Virus record (IMG/VR): IMGVR_UViG_3300023117_002343
Span: 11,694 to 75,693 of that record
DNA: 64,000 bases
DNA from: a virus
Reading direction: 5' to 3' (one strand)
The notes below the pieces were generated by a model. The model made no database searches. It had not been told where the DNA came from and was given only the letters and a program-made list of their open reading frames with translations. Position 1 is the stretch's first letter; each line of letters opens with the position of its first letter. Of this stretch, positions 16,459-25,527 are shown one piece after another. Made by a program: the position numbers and the translations under genes.

Positions 16459-19400
16459 TCAGCTGCATTCACGAATTATTTTTGCAAAAAATTTGGGATT
16501 TACATCAACTATTGCAATTTTATTTTTTTGATATGCAAAAGCCTCGGCTAAACTAGCCGACTTTAAAGCTTTTTCAATATTTTCGTCGTCAATGTTCAGG
16601 TCAGCTATTTTGGGTCGATTACCACTTTTAGCCCAGCGAAAAATAATATTTTTCACTAAAGATTTTGCTTTGTCGTCCTTCAGTCCAGCCGCCTTTAAGG
16701 CAGCAATAGTATTGGAACCAACCAGGTAAATAACGGTCATTTTTGATTGATTTTTTGGCCGTTTAGCCCCCGGGGCACCTTTGATATTTTTACGAATATC
16801 GGAAATGTCTTTAACTGGGCCGGCATTAGTAAATCCTCCAGTGGAGGATTTTCTTTTTTTATCGCCTCTTGTTCGCGTATAAGAAATTCGATATTGATCG
16901 CCATCAACACCGCTGGAAATTTTTGCCAGCTCAGACTCTAAGCCATCAGAATTAACAAATACACCGTCAGCTTTTAATTTGGCCAATATTGAATCGTATC
17001 TAGCATGACGGTCAGCAAATTCCGGCGCGTCTTTATCGCCCGATCGTCGGGCATCGGAAGCGTATTTTTGAAACGTTTTCTTTTTTAAAATTCGAAATAC
17101 CTTGGCGCCTTCAGGGTCAAAAACAACCACCGCATTATCGCCTTTGGCAATCTGGGCCGGCTCAACTGCAACCGGTGGAATTTCTGATCGCTGCGGCGCA
17201 GTTGGAATTTTTACCTTCTTTCTTTTGTCGACAATCATTACATTGACATTTGGCGCCGTTAAATCAAAATCAGGAAGTTTTTCTTTGATTGCCTGAATAA
17301 CATATGGAATTTGACTGGCTTTTGTAATTTTGGGTGGTACGTCTGAAGAAACTGAATTAACTGTAAATTTAGCAACTCCACCCGTTTTTTCCAATTCTTC
17401 CGTGCCGCTGAGTCCGGTGATTTCGATTTCAGTTCGTTCAAAAAGATGATTATACAAACGTTTTAAATTTTCATTGACACCTTCTTCATCATAAAGCGTA
17501 ATTGTTACATTTGATTCAGATTCGGGTTCTGGAGCGACATTTTCTGCCGGCGGAGTGTCAATTAAATTTAATTGTTGCAACAGCGTATTTAAAGTCCCCA
17601 TTCGAGATGCCGACTTTGCGCGCTTTCTAATCAATGCTAAAGTACCGCCGGCGGCAACTGTTGAAATTCCAATGCCGGCAAGTACTGGCGCAGCGCCTGT
17701 CATTAATGCAACAGTTGATGCAGCTTTTGCAGATCCAACTTTTTTTAAAGTTTTAACGGTTATTTTTTTAGGTACCGATTTTGTGATAGTTTTTAACGCT
17801 GCATTCATCACAAATTGATTTAATTTATTTCCGACGCCAACGCTAAAAACATCTTTTCCGGGAAATTTAAGTCTTGCTGCAACATCGCCGCCCCTTGCTG
17901 TGCCGCCAGAAAAAAGATTCCAAAGGGAACCGTCCTGCCCTATATTTTTGACTCCAATATCCTCGGGGTTATTAATCGCTGTCTTCATCCACTCAAAAGC
18001 TTTTCCAGGATTGCCGCGGCCTTGCGTGAGAGAGGCAATATTTTTCAACCCGGTGTCTAAATCACCACCACCAACTTTAAGAGCTGCATTTTTTAAATCT
18101 TCTATAGAGGCATCAGCTCCAAGTAAATTTTCACCAGAGTCTAGCCCCATAATCCTAGAAACTTGCTGGGTTAAACCTCCGCCACCAGCTTTAACACTTC
18201 CCAAATTTTTCATTTCCGGATTTGCTTCGAAGTAAGAAGTTTTCATTTTTTCCATAACTTCTTTTGTTGAAGTATCCGTTATATCAGTTGTTTTGGGTAT
18301 ATCTAAAGTGTCCAAAACAAAATCGTGAAACCATGGTTGATTAGCAATCCAACCTAAAGCGCCCAAAGCCGCGCCAGTACCGGCAATAACCACCGGTGCC
18401 TTAAGACTGGTCATTCTTTGAAAAACAGGCGAAGATTTACCACGCATAATTTTTTCATATTCAGCGTCCGGATCAATTTCTTCGCCAGAATTCCGTTGTT
18501 TTTCGGCCTCTTCTTCAGCGTTTATTTTTTCTACTTCGGCTGCCCAATCTTTTTCCAAAAGAAGATTTAAATTTAAATTTTTACTTTCAACCATTTCGGA
18601 TGACATGCCGTGAGCATCCGGATCTATATCGCCTTCTATGCGATCTCCGCCTCCAAATGAAGCGTACATGCCTCCCTTTTCACGTTCAGTGTCAGCCATA
18701 TATTTTTGCACGACAATACGAAGTTGCTCGATAATGTCATTGGCAACTTCGGGAGGCAAGTAGCCGTCTTGACCTGACTTCTTTTGTGTAGCAGCCACAA
18801 TTGAATCGTAAGTCGATGCGATGGTATTGACGCCTGAAAAGAAAACATTAGCATGTTTATTGACCGGAAATTTTCGATCTTTTTCTTTAGAACCCAATCC
18901 TGTTTCTAATTCTTGAGTTTCTTGCTCTATGGCCTTAACCAGATCTTTTACCGTGTCGTGCCCTTCTTTTTCTGAAATTTTTGCAAATATTCGTTGCGCT
19001 TCTTCCCATCCTTTGGGTTCTTTTTTAAGCTTAATTTTTTTGAGAATATTGTCAATTCCGCCGGCAAAAGAACCAATGCCGGCTTGAACAGAATCCCAAA
19101 AACCCTCTGTTAGCAGAGGCGATTCTGATTCTATCAGACCGCTTTCTTTAAGTTCTGCTATAGTCTTTTTAACAATTCTGGAATAGAGATCGTTTTTTGT
19201 GGAGCGATAAGCCAAGTAAAACGGATGCAAAACTTCGTTTAATTGAATTAATTCAATTTTTTCTTCTAAGATTAATCTTTTTTGAGACGATTCAAAAAGC
19301 AAAGATAGCGATTTTCTATTTTTAGCATGCTTTTGTATTAAAGCTTTTCTTTCAAAAAAAAGTTCTTGAGTTAAAAAAGCTCCACATTGATAATTGGATT

Positions 19401-19695
19401 TTACTTTATTTTCGCTTAACCACCCTTTTAAAGGCATACCAGGCATGCCGCGGTGGTCACCTATGCCATAAGATGGAGAAAAATATCCCTTTTGGCCCGT
19501 GGCAACATCTTCAAAAACTGGCTCATCAGGACCCCAATCTCCCGGCTTTATTCCGACAAAGCGCAACTCTGTTCCAACTGGCAAATCGCGCTTGCCTTCC
19601 CAACCGCCTACTGATAATGCACCGTCACCCCAAAGCCTAGCTGAACGTTTACCTGAATGAATAACGCGATATACTTTACCAGTTTTTAATTCCAC
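16459..19695 (-). CDS. Large putative internal/ejection protein
   Basis: 1,078 aa; repeated LxE sites (LSE, LFE, LTE-GFWD); two Gly/Ala-rich hydrophobic segments. Confidence 0.65.
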   Translation of the reverse strand: MELKTGKVYRVIHSGKRSARLWGDGALSVGGWEGKRDLPVGTELRFVGIKPGDWGPDEPVFEDVATGQKGYFSPSYGIGDHRGMPGMPLKGWLSENKVKSNYQCGAFLTQELFFERKALIQKHAKNRKSLSLLFESSQKRLILEEKIELIQLNEVLHPFYLAYRSTKNDLYSRIVKKTIAELKESGLIESESPLLTEGFWDSVQAGIGSFAGGIDNILKKIKLKKEPKGWEEAQRIFAKISEKEGHDTVKDLVKAIEQETQELETGLGSKEKDRKFPVNKHANVFFSGVNTIASTYDSIVAATQKKSGQDGYLPPEVANDIIEQLRIVVQKYMADTEREKGGMYASFGGGDRIEGDIDPDAHGMSSEMVESKNLNLNLLLEKDWAAEVEKINAEEEAEKQRNSGEEIDPDAEYEKIMRGKSSPVFQRMTSLKAPVVIAGTGAALGALGWIANQPWFHDFVLDTLDIPKTTDITDTSTKEVMEKMKTSYFEANPEMKNLGSVKAGGGGLTQQVSRIMGLDSGENLLGADASIEDLKNAALKVGGGDLDTGLKNIASLTQGRGNPGKAFEWMKTAINNPEDIGVKNIGQDGSLWNLFSGGTARGGDVAARLKFPGKDVFSVGVGNKLNQFVMNAALKTITKSVPKKITVKTLKKVGSAKAASTVALMTGAAPVLAGIGISTVAAGGTLALIRKRAKSASRMGTLNTLLQQLNLIDTPPAENVAPEPESESNVTITLYDEEGVNENLKRLYNHLFERTEIEITGLSGTEELEKTGGVAKFTVNSVSSDVPPKITKASQIPYVIQAIKEKLPDFDLTAPNVNVMIVDKRKKVKIPTAPQRSEIPPVAVEPAQIAKGDNAVVVFDPEGAKVFRILKKKTFQKYASDARRSGDKDAPEFADRHARYDSILAKLKADGVFVNSDGLESELAKISSGVDGDQYRISYTRTRGDKKRKSSTGGFTNAGPVKDISDIRKNIKGAPGAKRPKNQSKMTVIYLVGSNTIAALKAAGLKDDKAKSLVKNIIFRWAKSGNRPKIADLNIDDENIEKALKSASLAEAFAYQKNKIAIVDVNPKFFAKIIRECS

Positions 19696-19696
19696 T

Positions 19697-20263
19697 TTAG
19701 TTCTCCAGTTCTGTCTTCACGCGTTGTTGAAGCAAATAGCTGTGTCCCTCGTGCACATTGGCCGAGGCAGCCAGCATATCATTGAGCCCAAGGGAGAGCA
19801 TGTCTGCCTCTTCCAGTTCCGCAAACATCTGCTCGACGAGCTCCACATAGTTGCGTTCGATCTCCAGGCCGACTGCTGCCATGGCCAGCGAGGAAATGGC
19901 CGGGGGCGATGGATAGCTCTGTAGAACCTGCAGCGCCATCTTGGTGATGTGCATCGGACATGCAATGCCTTCATCGCCGGTGACCCCAACAGCTTTCTCC
20001 ACAGCACCGTCAATTTCGTCCTGTATGGCCACGTAAATTCTGCCAAAGATATCTACATGGTCTCCAGCGAAAGAAGCGCCACGTGTGACGTGGTGCGCAC
20101 CGTGAAACCACAGCTGCATGCCGCGAAGCATGCCGAGCCACTGGCTGAGCCTCCTGGAGAGCAGTGTATTGTCGACGGGCTGTTTAACCGACCCTATCGC
20201 TTTGGCAACCAGCTGTGCTTCAACAGCATCGTCTGCTGGACATTCGCGAATCAGATCACTCAT
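19697..20263 (-). CDS. Dps/ferritin-like protein
   Basis: FHGAHHVTRGASFAGDH..F...Y..IQDEIDGAVEK carries the Dps ferroxidase H/H/D/E pattern. Start MSDLIRE follows GGAGG. Confidence 0.75.
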   Translation of the reverse strand: MSDLIRECPADDAVEAQLVAKAIGSVKQPVDNTLLSRRLSQWLGMLRGMQLWFHGAHHVTRGASFAGDHVDIFGRIYVAIQDEIDGAVEKAVGVTGDEGIACPMHITKMALQVLQSYPSPPAISSLAMAAVGLEIERNYVELVEQMFAELEEADMLSLGLNDMLAASANVHEGHSYLLQQRVKTELEN

Positions 20264-20831
20264 GAAAGTCACCTCCAACAAAAACTTCAAGCTCGCCAGG
20301 CATGTCCTCGCCTTTGGACTCCAACTTGTACTCCAGGTATTCACGCACCGAGTTCATCATCAGTTGCGCCTGAGCAATCTTATACTCGCACCACTGCGGC
20401 AGGTCGTCTTCATCGTTGAGCAGCTGATAGAGCCTGTAAGCATCGACCGCAATATTTCTCAGAGCGCCACGAGCCATTCTGCCCTCTCTCGAATCGGAAG
20501 CCGTGTGACCGTAGTCCAGCATTCTGCCTTCGTGCGATTCGTTGATGGGCGAAGTTCTTGTGTAGGGCTTTTCAGGATAAAGATCGCTTGTGTCTTCTGT
20601 CCTCGTAAAGTGGTTCTGAGCTCTCATTCGGTACTGCTCTCTCTTGGCATGCTGCTTGACCTGCTCAGCCATGTAGAGATCGCAGCCGTGATCTCGCATC
20701 AGATCCGCTTCGCTAACGGCCAAAAGCTCAGTAAGCTCCACCGGGCGGAGGGGAGCGTGAGACAAACATTTGACAATGGCCAGTTCCAAGTCTCGTTTGG
20801 CCTCAGAAAGAATTCTTTTATTGGTGTGCAT
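20256..20831 (-). CDS. Hypothetical L/I-x-E protein
   Basis: MHTNKRILSE start after GAGG; C-term EGRMAR...DDLPQW...KI domain. Confidence 0.65.
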   Translation of the reverse strand: MHTNKRILSEAKRDLELAIVKCLSHAPLRPVELTELLAVSEADLMRDHGCDLYMAEQVKQHAKREQYRMRAQNHFTRTEDTSDLYPEKPYTRTSPINESHEGRMLDYGHTASDSREGRMARGALRNIAVDAYRLYQLLNDEDDLPQWCEYKIAQAQLMMNSVREYLEYKLESKGEDMPGELEVFVGGDFHE

Positions 20832-20851
20832 GTGACTACCTCGCTTGGTTG

Positions 20852-20858
20852 TAAATAT
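20852..20858 (-). promoter_or_regulatory. ATATTTA motif (candidate late promoter)
   Basis: Lies upstream of the 20831 operon of L/I-x-E genes. Confidence 0.55.
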
Positions 20859-21487
20859 CACCGACGCGAGTAGTTTGCACTCCTGTATCCCAAAGATCGC
20901 AAAGTTTGAGCGTCGAGCCTGCACAACTCTCTGGTCGCCGCAACTTTGCGTTTGGGAATGTAAAAGCCCTGGTCGTCTCGCCAGACTTCTACCGGTCCTT
21001 TTGTCGAAGCCGCCACAGCAAGCCTTGAACAGCCCTGAAGCACTGCTGCTTTTTCTGCAGACATCTTTTTGGGCGGCGCTTCGCCTCGCCTTGCTGACGA
21101 GATTGCCGCAGGAGAGAAAGCAGTGTAAGTCCGACCGGATCCATTTCTCACCTCCACAGTTATTGCAGCTTCGTTGTCTCGGCCAAGATTAAATAAGCCT
21201 CGACGAAAGGGAACGCCTGAAGATTTTGCATCGCCGTCTCCCTCTCGGCGCCTGGAACGCTCCTTGACCTCTTTGATGAGTTTGAGGCCTCGATTGTAGC
21301 GGCCATCTTTTAGTGTTTCCAGCGATTTTTTACTGGCGTGGATCTCCATTACCGGAGCGGTCTTGTGGTCCCATATCATGTGGCCCACATATTTTTCGAC
21401 GTCTTTTGCACACAGGCGGCACTCGTCGATGGCGCCGATTTCTCGGTCCGCCGCGGTAATTTTTGCTTCACAGTGTTTGCATTGCAT
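20858..21487 (-). CDS. Hypothetical protein with an N-terminal CxxC..CxxC zinc ribbon
   Basis: CKHC...CRLC; AGGAGG RBS. Confidence 0.7.
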   Translation of the reverse strand: MQCKHCEAKITAADREIGAIDECRLCAKDVEKYVGHMIWDHKTAPVMEIHASKKSLETLKDGRYNRGLKLIKEVKERSRRREGDGDAKSSGVPFRRGLFNLGRDNEAAITVEVRNGSGRTYTAFSPAAISSARRGEAPPKKMSAEKAAVLQGCSRLAVAASTKGPVEVWRDDQGFYIPKRKVAATRELCRLDAQTLRSLGYRSANYSRR

Positions 21488-21506
21488 GTTGCTTCCTCCT
21501 GACGAC

Positions 21507-21536
21507 ATTATACCACAGCAGACCGAGAGATTACAC
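21507..21536 (-). promoter_or_regulatory. sigma70-like promoter GTGTAA-N18-TATAAT
   Basis: Exact TATAAT with a TG extension; recurrent -35. Confidence 0.7.
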
Positions 21537-21537
21537 T

Positions 21538-21783
21538 TTAATCAAGATGATCGATGCAGAGTTCAGACTCGAGCACATGAACCACCTGATCGTATTCAGT
21601 TGCTTCGTGCGATTTGAGCTTGGCTTTCTTTTTGGCGGCAGAAAGAGCAGCTTTGAAAACCTTGGGATCAACGCGATCTTTAAATTCGGCCAACACCTGT
21701 TTTTTATCCTCTTGCAGAAGTTTGATTTCATTTTCAAGGTTCATGTAGCGCTCAAAAAGTTCTTTTACGTCTTTGTTAGTCAT
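21538..21783 (-). CDS. GapR/DUF2312-like (T4 DsbA-like) DNA-binding protein
   Basis: ELFERYMNLENEIKLLQEDKKQVLAEFK..DPKVFKAAL pattern. Confidence 0.6.
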   Translation of the reverse strand: MTNKDVKELFERYMNLENEIKLLQEDKKQVLAEFKDRVDPKVFKAALSAAKKKAKLKSHEATEYDQVVHVLESELCIDHLD

Positions 21784-21952
21784 TTTTTTTATCTTCCTGT
21801 TTTTCTAATATAGCAGTGAGAATAAATGCACTGACCACATTGATCAGTGCAAATCCGTAATTTTCGATGATGAGATTATTAAGCAGCATCACCAGGTTGA
21901 GAGAGATGCCGGCAGGCAGTACCAGGTGCCAGATCGTTTCAGATCTTTTCAC
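21776..21952 (-). CDS. Small two-TM membrane protein
   Basis: Two hydrophobic stretches; GTG start inferred. Confidence 0.5.
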   Translation of the reverse strand: MKRSETIWHLVLPAGISLNLVMLLNNLIIENYGFALINVVSAFILTAILEKQEDKKND

Positions 21953-22154
21953 AGTACTTTTTGTGTGCCATGATAATCGTTCCGTTATCAAGGCTCACCC
22001 AGTAATGACTGCCGATACCTCCAATGATTATGCCCAGATCGTTTTTTGCCACGCGCACTCGATTTCCGTTGACAGCCATATTAATATATACGCCTTCAGT
22101 CATAGAAACCAGAGGACCCGCTTCGACGGGCAAATCGTAAGTTTCAGCCTTCAT
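21939..22154 (-). CDS. Hypothetical protein
   Basis: Overlapping start/stop packing. Confidence 0.55.
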   Translation of the reverse strand: MKAETYDLPVEAGPLVSMTEGVYINMAVNGNRVRVAKNDLGIIIGGIGSHYWVSLDNGTIIMAHKKYCEKI

Positions 22155-22494
22155 CGCTCGCTTTTGTCGACTTTTTCTTGGTAGCTTTCTTCTTGCGAGT
22201 CGTCTTCTTGGCCGGCTTAGCTTCTTCTACTACAGCTGCCTTAGTAACAACTACCGGCTCTTTGACTTCGACTTGCATGCCGCCCGTATAACTAACGTTG
22301 TTTTCTGCTTTCGGTTTTTCAGCCTTTTTGACTGGTACTGGTTTGGCAAAAAGTTTTTCCAGCGAGCCGTCGACGGGCAGATCAACTTTTTTGCGCTCAA
22401 AGACAGCCTTGGCCTCTTCCAGAGTTTTTGCACCCTTGACGAAATCTTCGAGCTTCATCCTTCTTCTCTTCGATAAAAATTCCCATGTTGCCAT
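22144..22494 (-). CDS. Hypothetical Lys-rich protein
   Basis: GGAGG RBS; basic tail. Confidence 0.65.
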   Translation of the reverse strand: MATWEFLSKRRRMKLEDFVKGAKTLEEAKAVFERKKVDLPVDGSLEKLFAKPVPVKKAEKPKAENNVSYTGGMQVEVKEPVVVTKAAVVEEAKPAKKTTRKKKATKKKSTKASDEG

Positions 22495-22495
22495 T

Positions 22496-22777
22496 TTATT
22501 CGACCTCCGTAATCAGAGCTGCTACGCTCATCTGAAATGTGGGATTCTTGGCAATTTTCATGATGTTGTCTTCGTTGGTCTCAATGCCGCGCTCTTCGCA
22601 GATGGGCTTGGCAATCTTGCACATTGCTGACAGCAACACGTTGCGAACATTGGAGGGACCGATCTTGATCCCATTTTTCTTGCACTCCACCGAAATTTGC
22701 CTGTAATTTTTGGCACCGGGCATTTTTGAAACTGAACAGTACCCGTTGTCAAACGTTTTGCCTTTTGGCATTGCCAT
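22496..22777 (-). CDS. Small HTH protein resembling sigma70 region 4.2
   Basis: NYRQISVECKKNGIKIGPSNVRNVLLSAMCKI; TAATG-coupled to the sigma gene. Confidence 0.55.
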   Translation of the reverse strand: MAMPKGKTFDNGYCSVSKMPGAKNYRQISVECKKNGIKIGPSNVRNVLLSAMCKIAKPICEERGIETNEDNIMKIAKNPTFQMSVAALITEVE

Positions 22778-23490
22778 TAAATATCTCCTTGCTCTTCTTC
22801 GAGGCCAAATCGCATTTTGATGATAATTTTTTCGCGCTCCGTCAGAGTCTGCAGCGCCTCTTGAATCTTGGCCTGCAGTCGATCACCGTCGATTTTTTCC
22901 TCTGCCGAAATATCTTCTGATGGGATCATTTCAGACAAGGGTGCCAGACCAGCATCATCTGAATTAGTATAGCGCGGCTGATCAAGCGAAACGGAAGAGG
23001 CAGCAGACTGTCGCAGCGATGCCAGCGTCTTCGTCGTCGTATTGAACATGTTAGCCACTTCTTTGTCTGTCGGACGCCGACCGAACTGCTTCTGATAGTC
23101 TTTTTCGAACTGTGAAATTTTATACAGCTTGAAAAAAGTGTTAGAAGGCAGATCGATCGGGCCGCAGTTAGCAGCCAGATACTGACGCACTGACTGCTGA
23201 ATCCACCAGTAAGCATAGGTGGAAAACTTGAATCCCTTGGTCCAGTCAAAGCGATCAACTGCATGCGTCAGACCAATGATAGACTCTTGGAAAAGGTCTT
23301 CTAGGTCAACGCCTTTGTTGATGTACTTTTTGGCCACACTCATTGCCAGGCGCAGATTGGCTTTGATCATCTTGTCTCGCGCCCGTTTGTCTCCTTTTTC
23401 AATTCGCTTTGAAAGCTCTTGTTCTTCTTCTTTCGTAAGCAGCTTTGTTTTGCCAATAGAATCAATCAACGAAAATGAAGTTGATTTCAT
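22777..23490 (-). CDS. sigma70-family factor (regions 1.2-4.1, lacking the 4.2 HTH)
   Basis: LLTKEEE, ANLRL..VAKKY, DLFQE..IGL..AVDRFD...GFKFSTYA.WWI.Q and SLD; ends LTERE...MRFGLEEEQGDI*. Confidence 0.9.
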   Translation of the reverse strand: MKSTSFSLIDSIGKTKLLTKEEEQELSKRIEKGDKRARDKMIKANLRLAMSVAKKYINKGVDLEDLFQESIIGLTHAVDRFDWTKGFKFSTYAYWWIQQSVRQYLAANCGPIDLPSNTFFKLYKISQFEKDYQKQFGRRPTDKEVANMFNTTTKTLASLRQSAASSVSLDQPRYTNSDDAGLAPLSEMIPSEDISAEEKIDGDRLQAKIQEALQTLTEREKIIIKMRFGLEEEQGDI

Positions 23491-23516
23491 ATTTTTGATC
23501 TCCTCGAGATCTTAAG

Positions 23517-23708
23517 TTAAACCTTATGTCCGCGATTTTGTGCTTCGGCCTGCAGGTAACACACCTCGACTTCAGCTTCCTGCGTAGACTCGCCAGCTTT
23601 GCGCTTCTTGGAAATAATGCGCTTGAGCCTTTTGATAGAGCCAAAGAGCTCGTCATCTGACATGGACAAGACGTCCTCATATTGGAATTTGGGAACTGTG
23701 TATGCCAT
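23517..23708 (-). CDS. Small hypothetical protein
   Basis: AAGGAG RBS. Confidence 0.6.
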   Translation of the reverse strand: MAYTVPKFQYEDVLSMSDDELFGSIKRLKRIISKKRKAGESTQEAEVEVCYLQAEAQNRGHKV

Positions 23709-23719
23709 CTTAAATCTCC

Positions 23720-25330
23720 TTAAATACTGTTAAAGTAGGCAATTTCGTTGTTCTCACTCGAGAATTCCTCTGTTATTATACACCCAATTGACAATAAATT
23801 ACACGCAACTGACAAACTATGTTCCACTGCAGACACAACGACTGCATGTGGATCAAGTATGCCAAGTTCAAACATGTTTCCATATCTATTATTTTTACCG
23901 TCATAGCCGAAATTTACAGCCACACGATTAATTTTTTGTACTACCAAATCGGCAGAGACTCCGCAGTTTTCAGCAATCTGCCTCAGAGGCGACTCCAAAG
24001 CGTCTAGAAATGCAAGAGCCCCAATACCGTAAGAGTTTTTAGGCTTGAACTGTTTTGCTGCGCGCTTTTTGGCTCGAGCCAGAGCTACACCGCCGCCCGG
24101 CTGTACCCCTTCTCTCAGAGCTGCTCGGGCCGCATGCAAAGCATCGTCGACTCGATCGCGCCTCTCAAACATTTCTGCCTCGGTTGCCCCACCGACTTGA
24201 ATGACAGCAATGCCGTCACTGAGCCTCTTGAGTCGCCTCTCTGCGATCTTTTTATCGTCTGAGCCTATTGCAGGATCGTCCAGAACTTCTCGCGCGGATT
24301 TTGCGCGGCTCTGCACGTCGTCATTTTGCTGCGTGCCAAAAAGTAGCGTGGTGCGATTGGTGACAGTCGCTTTTTTGACGCTGCCTAGTATTTCATCTAG
24401 CTCTTCAGCTTTCAGTGCCTGTTTTGCGTCGGTGACCACTGTGGCACCAACCAAAGCCGCCAGGTCTTGCAGAGCTGTGACTCGAGCTCCAGCAAATTCC
24501 GGCGACTTGATGACGCAGACTTTTAAGCCGGCTTTTACGCGATTCAGAACCAGTGCCTGAAGCGCTTCTCCACTCACACCGTTGCAAACTATCAGCAGAC
24601 TGCCGCCCGATGCCGCAATGCGCTCCAGGGCAGGCACCAGAGGCGCCAGAACAGTCAGCTCATCGTTTACCACTAGCACATCAGGAGAATCGAGCTCAGC
24701 GACCTGTTTTGCGGTATCTGTTACAAAATAAGGCGACTCATATCCTCTGTCGATATAAGTGCCGTCAACAATGGTTAATGTGGTATCATAACCTTTTGCA
24801 TCCTGTACTGAAACAGCACCATCAACACCGACTCGATTAATTGCTCTGCTGATAATCTCACCTAGGTCGCGATCTCCGTTGGCTGAAATGGTTGCAACAT
24901 TGATAAGCTCGTCCTCGCCAATTGTGACGCGCGTTGACTCAAGTTCTTTAGTCACTTCTTCCGCCGCGGCTCTCATGCCGTCCAGCACGTCGACAACGCT
25001 GTGTCCAGCCGCTAACAATTTATCGCCGTTATGAATGATTTCGCTGGCCAGCACAGTCGACGTGGTTGTGCCATCTCCTGCCACAGCAGCGCTGCGTTGC
25101 GCTGCCTCACGTACCAGGCTGGCACCAACATTTTCGTAAGCATCTTCTAGAAAAACAGAACTGGCTACAGTCACGCCGTCTTTGGTCAAGTGCGGTACTT
25201 CTCCGTTGCGACAGATTGCCACGGTTTTGCCCATAGGACCCAGAGTGACTTTGACAGCCGCAGCCAGCTTTTCAACACCGGTAATCAGCTTGGCTCGAGC
25301 TTCTTCGTCAAATAACAGAGAAGAGCTCAT
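23720..25330 (-). CDS. groEL: GroEL-like chaperonin
   Basis: TLGP.G, TKDGVTVA, AGDGTTT, VATISANGD, GGATE.E and PGGG; no GGM tail. Confidence 0.95.
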   Translation of the reverse strand: MSSSLLFDEEARAKLITGVEKLAAAVKVTLGPMGKTVAICRNGEVPHLTKDGVTVASSVFLEDAYENVGASLVREAAQRSAAVAGDGTTTSTVLASEIIHNGDKLLAAGHSVVDVLDGMRAAAEEVTKELESTRVTIGEDELINVATISANGDRDLGEIISRAINRVGVDGAVSVQDAKGYDTTLTIVDGTYIDRGYESPYFVTDTAKQVAELDSPDVLVVNDELTVLAPLVPALERIAASGGSLLIVCNGVSGEALQALVLNRVKAGLKVCVIKSPEFAGARVTALQDLAALVGATVVTDAKQALKAEELDEILGSVKKATVTNRTTLLFGTQQNDDVQSRAKSAREVLDDPAIGSDDKKIAERRLKRLSDGIAVIQVGGATEAEMFERRDRVDDALHAARAALREGVQPGGGVALARAKKRAAKQFKPKNSYGIGALAFLDALESPLRQIAENCGVSADLVVQKINRVAVNFGYDGKNNRYGNMFELGILDPHAVVVSAVEHSLSVACNLLSIGCIITEEFSSENNEIAYFNSI

Positions 25331-25527
25331 CCCTTGAGGACTCGCTTATTTCCCTCTGCCAAAACGGTAGCCTTGTATCCCAAGACTCTTTTTTCTCCTG
25401 ACTTCACATTTTCTGCTACTACCAAATCGCCAGCAACATAAGCATATTCTTCGCTGGTGATCGTCTGTGCATTGCGCAGCGATTGAAGCTGCTGGGCGCT
25501 TAAAAGCACTTTTGTGTCAAACTGCAT
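25327..25527 (-). CDS. Small hypothetical protein
   Basis: GGAGG RBS; coupled to groEL. Confidence 0.6.
   Translation of the reverse strand: MQFDTKVLLSAQQLQSLRNAQTITSEEYAYVAGDLVVAENVKSGEKRVLGYKATVLAEGNKRVLKG

Noticed and set aside
22778-22784. ATATTTA directly before the small HTH gene
   Set aside because: Coincides with the last codons and stop of the sigma gene, so it may be incidental; not counted as a promoter
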